Shown here piece by piece: positions 42,350 through 55,161 of a stretch of 64,000 bases of DNA. Source of the DNA: Leidyana gryllorum EB-2025a (taxonomy: Eukaryota > Protista > Apicomplexa); the NCBI GenBank assembly GCA_048772705.1, contig JBLWGC010000230.1, positions 620,001 through 684,000 on the forward strand. The letters run 5' to 3'. A model generated the notes under the pieces. It saw only the letters and a list, made by a program, of their open reading frames with translations, did no database searches and was not told where the DNA came from. Made by a program: the position numbers and the translations under genes. How positions within the stretch are numbered: the first letter of the stretch is position 1; each line of letters begins with the position of its first letter.

Positions 42350-44108
42350 TTAACCCTTTATCACAGCAACTGGACGCAGCTTGACGCACTTGGCGGAGAT
42401 CCCGGCATCATGGCATGTCTAGAGACAGATTATTAGCCTTCGCACACCTCCACACTCACCTGAACGACCTCCGTGACGTCCTTGTAGCTCTCCGGAGCTT
42501 CTTCCATGATGAGTTTTGGGCTGGCCACTCTGACACTGATGCCCTGATCACTCAGCTTGTTCAACACTGTCTGATAGTCCAACATGTTCCTGCTCTTGTT
42601 TCTGCTCAGAGCCCGTCCTGCTCCATGGCATGTAGATCCCCAGGTTTCCTTGAAGCCTCTTTCGGTACCCAACAGTACGTAGGAATTAGTACCCATTGTG
42701 CCTCCGATCAAAACGGGCTGTCCGATTCCCTGATAATCCACAGGAATCAACGGATGGAAAGCCGGGAAAGCTCGAGTGGATCCTTTGCGATGGAGCAACA
42801 GTGGTGTCGGCTTCCCATCAACTTGATGTGTCTCAATCTTTGCAATGTTGTGCGATACATCATAGATTACATTCATATCCAAGTCGTCCGCACTTTGCTT
42901 CATGACGTTCCCAAACGCTTGACGCACCAAAAATGTCATTGATTGTCTGCAGGTTACACCATCGATGGGCGGAATGTTCCCAAGGGAGACAACACCAGAA
43001 AGTCCAAAGGCACGACACATCATCACACACACGAACTTAGGAGACATACCGATTCACCCAGGCATAATTGGCAGCAGCGGCCATCGCCTTCAAGTAGTCT
43101 TGGCCTTCTTGAGACCCGATACGAGCACAGGCCAATTGTTTGTCATTGGTGCGGATTCCATCCCGCCCCATCGCTTTCTCCATTTGGACTAAAGCGTCCG
43201 TGGCCACCTGGTGTCCCAACCCTCTGCTGCCCGAATGGATCATAACACACACTTGATCTTTCTGGTCAATGCCCATCCGCTTTGCTCCCGCCTTGTCAAA
43301 GATCTCTTCAACAACCTGTTTTCGTCCACAAGTCATAGTATCTTGCTGAACCTTTGCTCACCTGAATCTCAGCATAATGATTCCCGGCCCCCAGTGTTCC
43401 CATCTGAGGCAGTCCGCGCTTCTTGGCGCGAGAGCTGACCTTGGTGGGATCTGCTTGAAGCATACGCCCGTACTCCTCGCAGTGCTCCTTGTCCTCAGCC
43501 CACGCGTACCCTTCCCGCAGGGACCAATCCATCCCCAACTGGAGAGCTTCCTCGAGGTCTGAAGGTTAGTCACATCGTCACTATCACGAAAGTGCTTCAC
43601 CTTGAGCCCGACACGGGATGATTCCTTGACTGCCCACTCCCACGGGTATATAATTGAAGAGTGACTGAGCCAATGCCTCTTTGACAGGCAGAATATCGGC
43701 CAGCGTCAAATTTGTTCGTAATAATCGGACGCCGCAATTAATGTCAAAGCCCACACCGCCTGGTGATACGATTGACTCTGGTTTAGTCATATCGAATGCT
43801 GCGACGTTCCCGATGGCGAATCCATACCCAGCGTGTACGTCCGGCAGACCAATTGATTTGTGCACGATGCCCGGCAGCCCAGCAACGTTAGCGATCTGCT
43901 TCATGGCCGGAAGAAACCCACCGGCGTTGCCCGTACGTTGCCGACAGAAGTTCTGTAGCTCATCGAACATCAACTTCTCCAGGGTCCCGTTGACATAAAA
44001 GTAGCCTGGTACTTTCATGTTCTCAACGAAGCCCGGATCAATCCGGTATCGATTCACCCCATCTGGCTTGATGTACTGGCATTCTTGGTCGAAGTTCCTC
44101 ACGACCAT
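42350..44108 (-). CDS. RTCB: RNA-splicing ligase RtcB, multi-exon
   Basis: [62 protein letters not shown]; last exon TCHDAGIS...LRPVAVIKG* after a 41-nt intron 42419-42459. Confidence 0.97.
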
Positions 44109-44496
44109 GGTCAGCAGAATCAAAAAAATCGGTATTTAGACATTGATACATCATCCTAGTGGCGCTCTACAAAGGGGATAATGCATGGTCTGGTGTTTTA
44201 CTGCGTGGGAGTGACCGTTCCACGGTGCTTATGAGCCTACACTATGAATAATATCGGGAATACACATCCGATTGGGAATCTACATCCCAAGTCGGCAAAG
44301 CTGGGAGGACACGAATGTGTGTGCTGCGAGACGTGAACACTAGTCCGATGACTGTGGAAGGCAACACCGATAGTTTGGACTGAGTCTCACGAACTATGAA
44401 ACGAGTCGTTTCTACCCTTTTGAAAAAGTATAAGTGTTTACTTAATCTTTTGCGACGAGGCAGGATCTTCCATTGTCGGAGCATTGTAAGCACGAG

Positions 44497-45654
44497 ATGT
44501 CAGCTGCTCTCCAGCCATGGCGTGTGCGCGGTTTAGAGATGGCGAACCGGATCGTCGTCCCCCCTATGGGAACTTGGTTGGCTGATCCGGAGACGAACGA
44601 AGCCAACGACCAACATCTGGTGCATTACGGTGCTTTGGCGATGGGAGGCTCAGGGCTTCTCATTTTTGAAGCAGCTCCAGTGACATACAATGGACGCACA
44701 GGCCCGAACGACCTTGGTATCTATGATGAGAAGCATGTCGCTGGGCTGAAACGAATTAACGATTACATTCACAGGCATACTCGATGCAAGACAGCCATCC
44801 AGATCGGACACGCTGGCAGGAAAGGAACAATGATCGGATTCGGAACTCCCAAACCACAGCATCTGACACCGAACGAGAAGTTCGGTAGTGAGTGCGTGGG
44901 TCCTTCCCCGATACCTTTCAAGGAAGGAGTATACAATCCTCCTCGCGAGTTGACCATACAAGAGTTGGATGAGATGAAGGCGGCATTTGTGCTTGCTGCT
45001 CAACGCACAGTTGCGGCCGGATTCGACTCTTTGGAGCTTCACTGCGCCCATGGAATGCTCTTGAGTGCTTTTCTTACCCCGTCTTCCAATCAGAGGACCG
45101 ATGAGTACGGAGGCGATCTCGAAGGACGGATGCGATTCCCCTTGGAGGTGGTTGCGGCTGTCAGAGCAGTCATACCGGAGGACATGCCGCTGATTGTGAG
45201 AATCTCAGCGGAAGAGTGGAGTGAGGGTGGTTGGACCACCGAAGATTCCATTGTATTCGTCCAACGGTTGAAGGATTGTGGCACGGATATAGTTCACGTC
45301 AGCTCGGGTGGTATGAATTCCGCCCAAAACATACCGCGAGTGCCTCAATTCCAGATCCCGTTGGCGAAAGCCATCAAAGAAGCAGTTGACATTGAAGTCA
45401 TAGCAGTCGGTCAAGTGGAGAAGTTGGCTGATGCTTCTCGCTTTATTGAGGAGAAGTCAGCTGACGCAGTAGGTGTCGGTCGAGCACAACTTCGTGATCC
45501 ATATTGGCTCCGTCGCGAAACTCAGGAGCAGCAGATGCAGCCCTGGTTCCCACTATACCAGATAGGTGCTTATGCCTCACTTCGTAAAACTGGCAAATCT
45601 GCTGAAGAGATCCGCCAGGGCTCCACATCGACCAAACAAGCGGCCACTGCCTGA
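44497..45654 (+). CDS. NADH:flavin oxidoreductase / Old Yellow Enzyme, YqjM(NamA)-like, paralog 1
   Basis: NRIVVPPM, QIGHAGRK, AGFDSLELHCAHG, NQRTDEYGG, VRISA-x-EW, VHVSSGG, GRAQLRDPYW; intronless. Confidence 0.93.
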   Translation: MSAALQPWRVRGLEMANRIVVPPMGTWLADPETNEANDQHLVHYGALAMGGSGLLIFEAAPVTYNGRTGPNDLGIYDEKHVAGLKRINDYIHRHTRCKTAIQIGHAGRKGTMIGFGTPKPQHLTPNEKFGSECVGPSPIPFKEGVYNPPRELTIQELDEMKAAFVLAAQRTVAAGFDSLELHCAHGMLLSAFLTPSSNQRTDEYGGDLEGRMRFPLEVVAAVRAVIPEDMPLIVRISAEEWSEGGWTTEDSIVFVQRLKDCGTDIVHVSSGGMNSAQNIPRVPQFQIPLAKAIKEAVDIEVIAVGQVEKLADASRFIEEKSADAVGVGRAQLRDPYWLRRETQEQQMQPWFPLYQIGAYASLRKTGKSAEEIRQGSTSTKQAATA

Positions 45655-46218
45655 TCCCATTCTGTCCATCAATGACTTTGGAAGCAGCTCGAGGCTCTAC
45701 TTTTTGATCAGTTTTGTCAGTGATGCCTTGGGATTCAGCAACGTGTCCAAACATCTGTCCAAACATCTATATAACCTCCGCCGACCGTCAATCCAGCTTA
45801 GTACGACAATTTCGTACAACATTAACTGCTCACTTGGCAATTTCGACTCTTTGATACGGAGTCGAGCTGACTATTTCCGTCATTCAATGGGCAGCACACA
45901 CCATTTTCTGGTGGATAGTCAACCATTACTTTCCTCCATCTGCGCTGGCTACTAATTTCTTACGTCCTGCTCATCCACCCCCCCCTGGCCGGCTAGCCTG
46001 TCCCACCCGACGGCCCAAAACAGTCTGTGATGTACCCCGAGCCTCTCTTGCGTAGGTCCCTGTTATAGAATGCATTAGGCGTGACCATTTCCCATAGTAG
46101 TGTTTCTACTGTATAGTGACAAAATCAATCAAAGGGGTAGAGGCTCGAAAGCCAAAGACAAATAACATTGAAGTATGAAGAACACCTGCTATATCAGTCC
46201 TTCTTCTATTCGATAGGA

Positions 46219-48466
46219 CTACATGTATGAGCGGGGTGCTGACAGCCGCTGCCTGGATGGCTCACCAGCTTCGAATACGACACATCCAGTGTACGGTAGT
46301 TCGGCTTCGCGAATCGCATTTTGAATAGTTTGTTTGAATTCTGACCTCTGAGGTTCGGGAACATAATACATTGGGACTCCAGGGAACGATTTGGTCCATG
46401 GATCACTCTCATCACCTTCGGGCTCGCTTAATTGACCCGTCATCAACTCTGCTATATTTTGAGCAAAGTTGGGCGGAAAGTAGCGCAATCGGTGCCAGAA
46501 GATTCGTACGCGGCCCTCTTGCTTTCGGGCGAATTGATAAACATTCTGAATCTCGTGTGTATCCAACGGTTCGCTCGCAATCAGTACATACGCCAGGTGT
46601 TTCCGCCGGTTCTTCTCCGATTGAGCGGCTACACTCCAACGCATGAAATCGCGAGTCGTACTCGCAACCAGAATCACATTGCGATCTCGTTCTGTACATC
46701 CACCGCGCGCTGTTCGACATCCTATTACCGACATCAACTCGTCCAGCACAGTATTATTGCTGGCGTCACTACTGCGCACAAAGTCCCAACTCAACCCATG
46801 CCGACGTGGTAGTGGATTACACATATCCACTGCTTCTGCTCGTTTACGACTAGTTTGGGTGGTGTAGGGCTGGAACACCGCAATCGTGGCACCGATCGTA
46901 CGACCATTCATTCGAACAGCATTCGCAGACCGTGGACGGTGTCTTGGAGTCAATCCAGCATTCTCAAACGCGCGCGCAAACGCCTCACACTCCTCACAAC
47001 GGGTGTTCTCGAGGAAGTACCCTTCGTAGGGCAATCTGTCGCTGCAATGAAAAGATTAAATGATAACAGCACACACGGAGACACCGAACACACAAGTTGC
47101 AGTGATTGGCTTACTCAACATGTCTCCATACATAGTGGTCTGCGCACGGTCGCTTGGGCGACGGAGGTGGGTTTTCGCGACGTTGATCCGAGAGTAGTCG
47201 TCTTTCGGACGGGTGGCGGTAGCAACTTGGACTTGGGAGGTCTGGAATGGGTTGGCAAAGGGCAAGGTTACGGTTATCTCCAGAGGCAAAGTGAACCTTC
47301 TCAGAGCGCACCAGCGGCGAGCGCGCGAAGGAGCTGTCTGAGGAGAGGTAAGCGACCTGTGCCTTTTTAGGTACGCCGTCTAGGATGACGTTCTCCGATA
47401 CGACCATTCTCTTGAGGTTGGGACACGCCAAACGCATCCTTTTGGGGGCAACGTCGTTGTCTGGTAGATTGTAGAGTGCAAGCCATAAATCCTTGCAGTT
47501 GGGCATACACAGAAGTGGAGCCGCCGCATTATACCCTGTTAGGTATCTGGCATCACCAAGAGTGAGACTGAAGCGCTCAACGTTGCTCATAATGGTTGTG
47601 CCAGAGAATATAGAGGCAATGCAAGGGCTGAGTGCATAAGACGTGTGATAGTGCTCCGCTTGTATGATGATGGAGCGCGCCTTTTCGAGGCTGCGTGAGA
47701 CGAGTTTGCTAATGAGTGGATTTGTGTGGAGAAAGCAGTCGGCTCCAGCCATTGCATTCAAACAGAGCGGGTCTAAGACCAGCGTTTGCTTGATATAGCG
47801 CAGAAGGCTATAGGAAGCCTTTCCAGCTTTAATGATGTCGTAAAAGTTTAAGCATGGGAGAATGTGATACCACACATCCAAGGGAACGCGATGGAAGGGG
47901 GCAGCTCTCCGTCCACGTCCTGTTCGTCGCCGAGTCCCAGATTGACTTTCACGTGCGCTATAATCCCCGTAGTCATCGCCGTATTCATCGCCGTAGTCAT
48001 CGCCGTAGTCATCGCCGTAGTCATCGCCGTAGCCATATACTGAAGGGGTGGCGCTCGCTTGAGAGGAGTTGTAGCAATCTGAATATGAGTTGTAGTCTAG
48101 TGACCTGTAGTCTGATGGCTTGTAGCTAGCTGAGTATGTATAGCCGCCAGAACTGTATTGAGCCCCAGTTGTGCACCAGGTGTAACGTCGCCCATTCTTT
48201 GCACTGTCAGTAGTGCCATTGTATTTGGCATTGTAGTTGGAATTGACATATTTTTGGAGCCTTCCATTTGGTGTCCGCATTAAATCTACGTCTCGGGGGG
48301 TTGGCATTGGATCCGTGTATCTCGGAATTCGCAACACCTCTCGATCTCTCGGAGTTTGGCGTGCGCCCCTAATCAACGGACTTCGCATGGCCTCCATGTT
48401 GCGAGTAGCACAGCATTGTTGCGTACACTCTCTCTTACACATTCTTCTTTGATATCGAGCCACCAA
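46219..48466 (-). CDS. F-box/LRR-like protein, probably one multi-exon gene covering both ORFs
   Basis: F-box-like FHRVPLDVWYHILPCLNFYDIIKAGKASYSLLRYI, followed by MPNCKDLWL and CPNLKRMVV. Joining 47111-48466 to 46219-47034 is inferred. Confidence 0.6.
47967..48032 (-). repeat. 12-bp coding tandem repeat encoding (YGDD)n
   Basis: About 5.5 copies of CCGTAGTCATCG on the plus strand. Confidence 0.9.
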
Positions 48467-48525
48467 TCAAATGATGTTTGTACCAGATCGCAGCTGACAG
48501 ATTTTTAACGAATTATGCAAGCTGG

Positions 48526-48599
48526 AAACCCTAAGCCCTCAAACCCTGACACTGCTAAACCCTAAACCGCGGAACCCTAAACCCTAATTTCTTAACCCT
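48526..48599. repeat. Cluster of telomere-like AAACCCT(A) motifs in divergent intergenic region
   Basis: About six or seven exact or degenerate AACCCT units within 74 bp. Confidence 0.75.
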
Positions 48600-48715
48600 C
48601 ACACACCAAGTGCCCACGTAGTACATCCCGATCCGCTGGGATTTTGAAGTGGTTTGACACAAAGCAGCTCGAGTTCATTGGTGGTAATACGGTCGCCAGG
48701 AGAACTTAATAGACA

Positions 48716-51124
48716 ATGTTGCTCAAACCGCATCGCCACATACCGTCATCGTCAACCGTACTCCATCACTTACTGCCCCCTATCACTAGTCCGTGCATAA
48801 CTCCTCAAACTGACTGTCCGACCACTAATACCCGAACTGGTACTAATTTTTCACCGACCACCACACCGTCCGAGTCTGCTGCTGAAGTTTATGCCCTTTC
48901 TCCCAGGCGCATATGGAAACAACGGCGCCGTGTCATGGGGGAACTTGGGTTCGACCCGCTTGACCTTGACCAACCCACTCGCCTGATGCAAGCCTGTTTG
49001 AATGATCAACCAGAGGTCCTGCGGTTCCTTCACCAGAAATACCCAGAGCTTCTGAGGTGGCGACTGATCGATCGTAGATCTGCCATACACTTTGCTGTTG
49101 AAGTTGGATCGCTTAGATGTTTAGAAGCACTTATCGAATTCGGAGTCAACCCGCATGCTGAGTGTACTGTTGAGGGCTGGACGGCCCTTCATTTTGCTGC
49201 ATCGTTCAACAAAACTGAGCTCGTGAAAAGCTTACTAAAGTCGCATCCATTACTGGCAGAGCAGCATGATCGTTATAAGCTGCGCCCCATAGATTATGCT
49301 GCTAGTGGGACAACTGAGGAGTCCGTTGAGACACTGCTGCTACTGCTGGCAGGTGAATCCGAGCAGAACCAGCTTGCTGAGATTTCCAATGCTGTGAAAA
49401 TTGCGGTTTCGAATGATAACAAAGCAGGTCTTGGCGCACTATTGGCCCGGCTTCCCAATATTTTGGAGCAAGTAGACCCCAATGGAGAGCCTCTGATACA
49501 TTTTGCGGCGGGCGAAGGGTCCGTTGGAGCGATCGAAGCTATTGTGGAGTATGACATAAAGCTTGCGCACACACGAGACACGCTTGGTCGCACTCCACTG
49601 TATGTTGCTGCTATCAATGGAAATTGGGCAGCTGTGCAGTACTTTCATTCACTGGATCCTGAGTTGGTTAGCATTCCCGACAATGAAGGTCTGACACCTG
49701 CGTTGGGGGCGTGCAAGTCTGATCAAGTGGAGGTGCTGAAATATCTTGTGACTTACTGTGGAATTGACTTGCTGACTTGTGTGTGTCCCGCAGCGGGGGC
49801 AACAGCGTTGATGATAGCGGCACAGCACAAGTCGATGCGTGTGGCTGAGTATCTTGTTGATTATTGGCCGCAGTTGGTGATGGTGCAAGATGCGTCGAGG
49901 CGGACGGCGTTGCGATATGCCATGGAGGCGGAAGAGCGTTGTGAGCCACTGGTTGCTTTGCTACAGAAGGCCTTAATAGCGGAATGCATGGATGGCGATC
50001 TACGGTGTTTGAAAAAGACAACTGCGAAAGAGTTATCTTTCATCGCAGTTGAGCTGCACAATGTGGAGTGTTTGCGTCGGCTGAAGAAAGCTGGTTTCGA
50101 TGTGAGGAACATGTGCAAGAAGGGTTCGGAGGTACCGTTGTTGGCACACGTCGTCATGACCAACAATCTGAGAGTCTTGGAGTGTCTGGTGGAGGAGTAT
50201 GGTGGCGAGATCCTTGAATATGATTTGGTGGCGTCACTGCAGAAGACTTTGACGGACTTGGCGGCGGCGAATGATGCCCTTGAAGTATTTGAGTACCTCA
50301 TAGGGCGACGAGAAAAGGAGGCAGAGCGCGGGGGTTTGCGGCCTCGTCTGCTGTCGGGAATGTTGAGGGCTATCGAAGCCGACAAGCCGAGGGTAGTGAA
50401 GTACATTCTCGTTGTGTGGCGGACTATCATGGATCAAAGAGATCCTCAAGGGAGATCCTTGTTTATGGTGGCAGCGGCAGCGGGCGCGGTTGAGGCGGCC
50501 AAGGAGCTTACGACCGCAGAGATGAAACTGGATAGAGACTTCCAGCACGAGTCCTCGAGAATGACGGTTCTGATGGCGGCGGCTGCAAACGATCATCCAG
50601 AGATGGTGGAGTGGCTGGCGCAGAACTTCCCACGTTTGGTGACAACCACCGACATTGATGAGAAATCGGCGTTGTATTATGCCATCGAGGGTAAATCTAT
50701 GGGTAGTCTGGAGGTGATATGGAAGCACTGCCCCCATTCGAAGAGGCTGCGTCTCTTCGCAACGTCTACGCTGGAGTCACCCATGACTCTGGCTGCCTCC
50801 TTGAACAACGTCGATATTATGAAGTGGCTGGACGAGAAGTGCCCGGAGCTCTGGTGCACGCCGAATCGGCAGGGACTCAGGCCACTGGACGTGGCCGCGG
50901 ATTCTGGAGCTAAGGAAGCGTTTGATTGGCTGCACCAACGGGGAGCGTCTAAGACTCCTGTGCAGCACTTAGCCATAGGGGTCAATGAGGTTCAGCGGGC
51001 CGTCAGTCCTCCTGAGGTCTTCGAGAGAGGGGCCTCTGAGGTTCAACAACGTGTCAGTGATACTCGCGAGAGGGCGAAGAAGGACATTCGGAAGGCAGAG
51101 ACAACCAGCAGGGTGCCGAGATGA
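48716..51124 (+). CDS. Ankyrin repeat protein (802 aa)
   Basis: Many ankyrin repeats: GWTALHFAA, GEPLIHFAA, GRTPLYVAA, GATALMIAA, GLRPLDVAA. Confidence 0.93.
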   Translation: MLLKPHRHIPSSSTVLHHLLPPITSPCITPQTDCPTTNTRTGTNFSPTTTPSESAAEVYALSPRRIWKQRRRVMGELGFDPLDLDQPTRLMQACLNDQPEVLRFLHQKYPELLRWRLIDRRSAIHFAVEVGSLRCLEALIEFGVNPHAECTVEGWTALHFAASFNKTELVKSLLKSHPLLAEQHDRYKLRPIDYAASGTTEESVETLLLLLAGESEQNQLAEISNAVKIAVSNDNKAGLGALLARLPNILEQVDPNGEPLIHFAAGEGSVGAIEAIVEYDIKLAHTRDTLGRTPLYVAAINGNWAAVQYFHSLDPELVSIPDNEGLTPALGACKSDQVEVLKYLVTYCGIDLLTCVCPAAGATALMIAAQHKSMRVAEYLVDYWPQLVMVQDASRRTALRYAMEAEERCEPLVALLQKALIAECMDGDLRCLKKTTAKELSFIAVELHNVECLRRLKKAGFDVRNMCKKGSEVPLLAHVVMTNNLRVLECLVEEYGGEILEYDLVASLQKTLTDLAAANDALEVFEYLIGRREKEAERGGLRPRLLSGMLRAIEADKPRVVKYILVVWRTIMDQRDPQGRSLFMVAAAAGAVEAAKELTTAEMKLDRDFQHESSRMTVLMAAAANDHPEMVEWLAQNFPRLVTTTDIDEKSALYYAIEGKSMGSLEVIWKHCPHSKRLRLFATSTLESPMTLAASLNNVDIMKWLDEKCPELWCTPNRQGLRPLDVAADSGAKEAFDWLHQRGASKTPVQHLAIGVNEVQRAVSPPEVFERGASEVQQRVSDTRERAKKDIRKAETTSRVPR

Positions 51125-51324
51125 ACAATGGATTTGAATAGTTAGGAAACAGGATCTGTCACTCTATAGGTGATTTGGATCAAGTTTAGGAGCTGTGATT
51201 GAGATTCGTTTAGGAGTTGAGTGTTCGACTGCGGACTGACTATGTGAAAGTCAAAAAAATGGGTGTGGAATGGTCAGTCAATCCAAACGATATGTCACAG
51301 ATATTGATTGATAGTTTCTTGGGT

Positions 51325-52792
51325 TCAAAAGGTCCCTTCGACCCCGAGAGCAACGCATTTCATGAGAATTTGTCCGAGCGCGAGCCCCGCGAGAAGGGCC
51401 AGAACATTGAGGGAGGTCAAAGAACCGCGCGTGGCTTCGTCTTTGATCTTCATTGGACCAGTGATGACTGCAAGCGTAGAGATCCAGCCATCCAGGACAG
51501 AGTGGAGACAGAGAACAATGATTTGAGCAGCATAGTTATTGGCAAAAGCCCCATCAAGTCTCCAGAATATAACAGCAGGAATTGTCAGAAGCAGCTTGAA
51601 AACGGTCATTGCGATGAGCGTCTTGGTGCCCCAAATTGCCCAGGGACACGTTTTGCTGAATGCGGGCATCATACTGCCAATGCAGCCCGTCGATTGAAAC
51701 ACGCCCTAAGAAACAAGTTAGTGAATATGTCGTCTACCCAACACGATCTGCTTACCACGATGATGTTGGTGTGAGTCAGACTCGGCTGCGTCCAGCGGAA
51801 GGGTCCGATGTTCGGATAGATGAGATAAGTGTGTGTCGCATTTATCACACCTATGGCCAGATGAAGCCAATGCTTGACGGCAACGTGACGGAACTTGGGC
51901 TTGTTGGGATCATTGCGTTGAGCGATAACATTCGAACGAGCGCGATCGAAACACTCTCGGACAACTGGAATGCGCGACATCCAGAACACGAAACCGAACG
52001 ATGCCGCGATCAGTGCCGCCACACACAGTTGCTGAGCCCAAACTGCCGCAATAACATTGCCAGGAAAGATAAGCTGCAATGGTAGAGTGATTCAAGAGAA
52101 GTAGGCGACAGCGTGCGGCTTACCTCGGACCAGAACATATACAAGACAAAACTAATTAAACCCCCAACCCCGATTCCACCAGCCACCCAAGCCGCATTGT
52201 TGACTGGCATATATCCCGATAACCCATAATGACCGGCCTGCACGGCAGCAATGTATCCACCACCGAGACCAGCCAGAATGTGCAAACAGACTAAGGCAGC
52301 TACCGAGGGGAGCACGTGGATCACTAGTGCGGTTAGAATCGGTAACAGGGCAAACGTTGCGCCCGACCATAGATTAAGCTTCAAATTAGAGTACCCCCTC
52401 TTCACTGTGATCGCTGCGACTATAAAGTCAATGACAGTTGAAGTTAGGACTAAGGTATCGCTCAAGCGGGGATAATTCGGAAAGAACTCGTGAGTCACGT
52501 CATTAATCACACTGATTATCCCGTTCAAGTAGAGCAGCTCAATGGCTCCACACAGGAACCAACCCAAATGGAACAGCTTTCGATCCAAAAGGGGGGGACC
52601 CGAATCAGTTGTGGAGAGCCCTTCCTCGATATCCGCCTCTTCAGCTCCGTATTTCCCGACCACGTATCGTTCGCTATCCATTGTAGACTCGAAAGCCGGC
52701 TGCGCAGTTTTCGTGGGAGAAGAAGCATCTGTGGCCAACTCCTGTACAACAGTGACCACAGAATCTTCGCTACCCACAACCAAATCCTTCAT
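51325..52792 (-). CDS. Equilibrative nucleoside transporter (ENT)-like, multi-exon
   Basis: Multiple transmembrane segments, YGLSGYMP...GIGVGG, YPNIGP, DGWISTLAVITGP, terminal LLAGLALG helix. Confidence 0.75.
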
Positions 52793-53310
52793 TTTCGCAC
52801 TCGCCTTGCGCCTGCGCCTACCAAAAAAAATCTGGATACTCCAGCGGCCACCTGACATCAGCGCTCGCCGTTACATCGTGAACGGACACCTTGCACCGCC
52901 ATCACAGCCTGAGGACTCTCAGCACCGCAAACGAGCGTCAATAAGGGCTCAATGGAACATTCGCCGCCCTCGAGCTTCCAGCTGAAGGCTGTGCACGCCG
53001 TATGTAGCGGTAAAGCCTCCAGTAAACATGCGGGGCCAGCGCCCGGACGCAAACAGAGACGTACACACGCAGGCAAGCACATTCATTGAGTTCATCACCC
53101 ATGAAGATCCATCTGCGCTGAACTCGCAGCCATAGTTAATATATTGTCTATCCACCGCCGAAAGTATAGAGCCCGGTAGCGCAGTGGTGCCGTCATCAGT
53201 CGTACAAAGATCAACCTCCCAACGCTCCATTATGCCAGCGAAGGGTGATGTGGATCACAAAAATCCACCAATTATCGGACACTGTCGAAACTCTGTGTCA
53301 AATTGAACCA

Positions 53311-55066
53311 ATGAGCGACGTTGTGCTACTTGAGAGCCACTTTGGACAGATTCTGAACTTCTTACATTTGTTAGACGTACAACGATTGACCCGCCTGGAC
53401 CAAAGCATTCGCACTTTCATCTTAGACAGATATCGCCCTGATACTTTGGTGATCAATGTGACTGATGCTCAGGCATCCTTGCTTATGGATGTATGGTGGG
53501 GGCAACCATGGCTATCAAGGTGTGTGCTAACAGCGCGCAAGATCATGATCCATGGGGATTGCCTTCACAAATTAGTCAGTCCTCTCTTATCTACCATTTG
53601 CTACAATGAGTTGCCCCGCTTGGAGGTGCTGAACGTTACTTTTCAGGGGGCTCATCAAAAGGGACCCCCACCCTCGCCTGAGGCCTGTACGTCTCTTGTC
53701 GGCCCGTTTCCCCGACTGAAGTACCTGAGCTGGCACTGTGGTTTCTTGCCACTGGGACGATTGATTGATCAATGTCCCGCATTGGAGGTTCTGGTTGTGG
53801 ATCCTGATACGGACATGGGGTTGCTGACAGTGCCCGCGAAAGTTCGAGTTGGATGTTTCAGGACCGTCACTATCGAGCAGCTAATGTGTTTGGGCCGGCC
53901 AGCCAGCTCGCCGGCGGTGGAAACTTGGCCGATAGCATTGAAAGGTCAGGGCGACAATGTCACATGGTGTCGTGCGCTTCGACAATTGAAGAAACAGTTC
54001 TCATTGGCAATTGACGATCAGAAAGTAGCCCAAGGCATTGGACTCTTGCGGACTGATGACATTGAGGGCCCACTACGTTGGTAAGTTCGACACACAGTCG
54101 TTGGATGTGACATTGTGCATTAGGAATGCAGAGATGATAGAATGGTTCGAGTCGACTAGGAGGCATTTGAGTAGCCTCTGTGTGCCCCGGTTGGAAGTGC
54201 CTATAGGAGATCTGTTGACGCGGCGACAGTTCGTGTATGAAATGTCATTGAACTCTGTTTCGCATTGGGATAATGAAGAGTTTGGTTTGGGATGCGCGCC
54301 GCTGACGTTGGGGTGTGGGTCGAAACACGTGTGTCCCTCTAATTACAGAGTGTTAACCACACTGAGAGAGTGTAACGAATTTGTTGAGTCAATGTGCAGT
54401 TTGAGCTGCGGTAGTTGGACTCTGTCTGAGAGTGTGACATATCTGATGGCTCTGAGGCCTGATGAATGGCAGAGTGTCGCACTGGAGCACAATTGGGGTC
54501 CGCACGCGTGGCCGCCGAATGTGATTCGTGTTGCCATGGCTTCGGCGAGCGAGATTTATGGGGATACCGGATGCGTTGCGGAGACAATATACAGAATGTC
54601 CATTAACCATTTGGTGTTGACTGGACCGGAAATTCCAGTGTTGGCTCTTTTGAGAGCAGATCGTCTGCGGTACATCTTGTACTCGGATTGGAATCATCGG
54701 TTGATAGTTTGTGTGACTTCGGTATGTTACTACGGCCCAGCGGCGAGCGAACTTGCGCTGGATATGTTGATGGGAACGTTCGAGCGTGGCGGAGTACTGC
54801 AGAAGCTTGCGGGGCGAGAGTCGACCAAAGTGAATAAGGGTCAGCCTGTGTCATCGCTGACCGACTGTCAACGACGGTATTTTGACAATTGGTTCAAGGA
54901 GATGCGTAAATTCACGCCTCCGTGGGTGACTGTACTATTGTTGTGTACGTTGAAGAGCGTTTCGGGGACAGCATCGCTGGATGACCTGTCGCGTATCCGG
55001 GACGCAGGATTACTACGACGTTGGGGTTGTATGATATACAAACTGAAGGCTTTGCCATTGGTGTGA
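53311..55066 (+). CDS. F-box/LRR-like family paralog 1 (two exons; intron 54081-54123)
   Basis: ILNFLHLLDVQRLTRLD, LPRLEVL, FPRLKYL, CPALEVL. A 43-nt GTAAGT...TAG intron joins the two ORFs in frame. Confidence 0.7.
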
Positions 55067-55161
55067 GATTGAGATAATAGTTAGTCATAGTTAGTGCGGG
55101 TTGAAGAAGTTTGTGGGAGGTTGGAGGACTTTGCACCCTGATTGCCGGTGGTGTGCTAACG

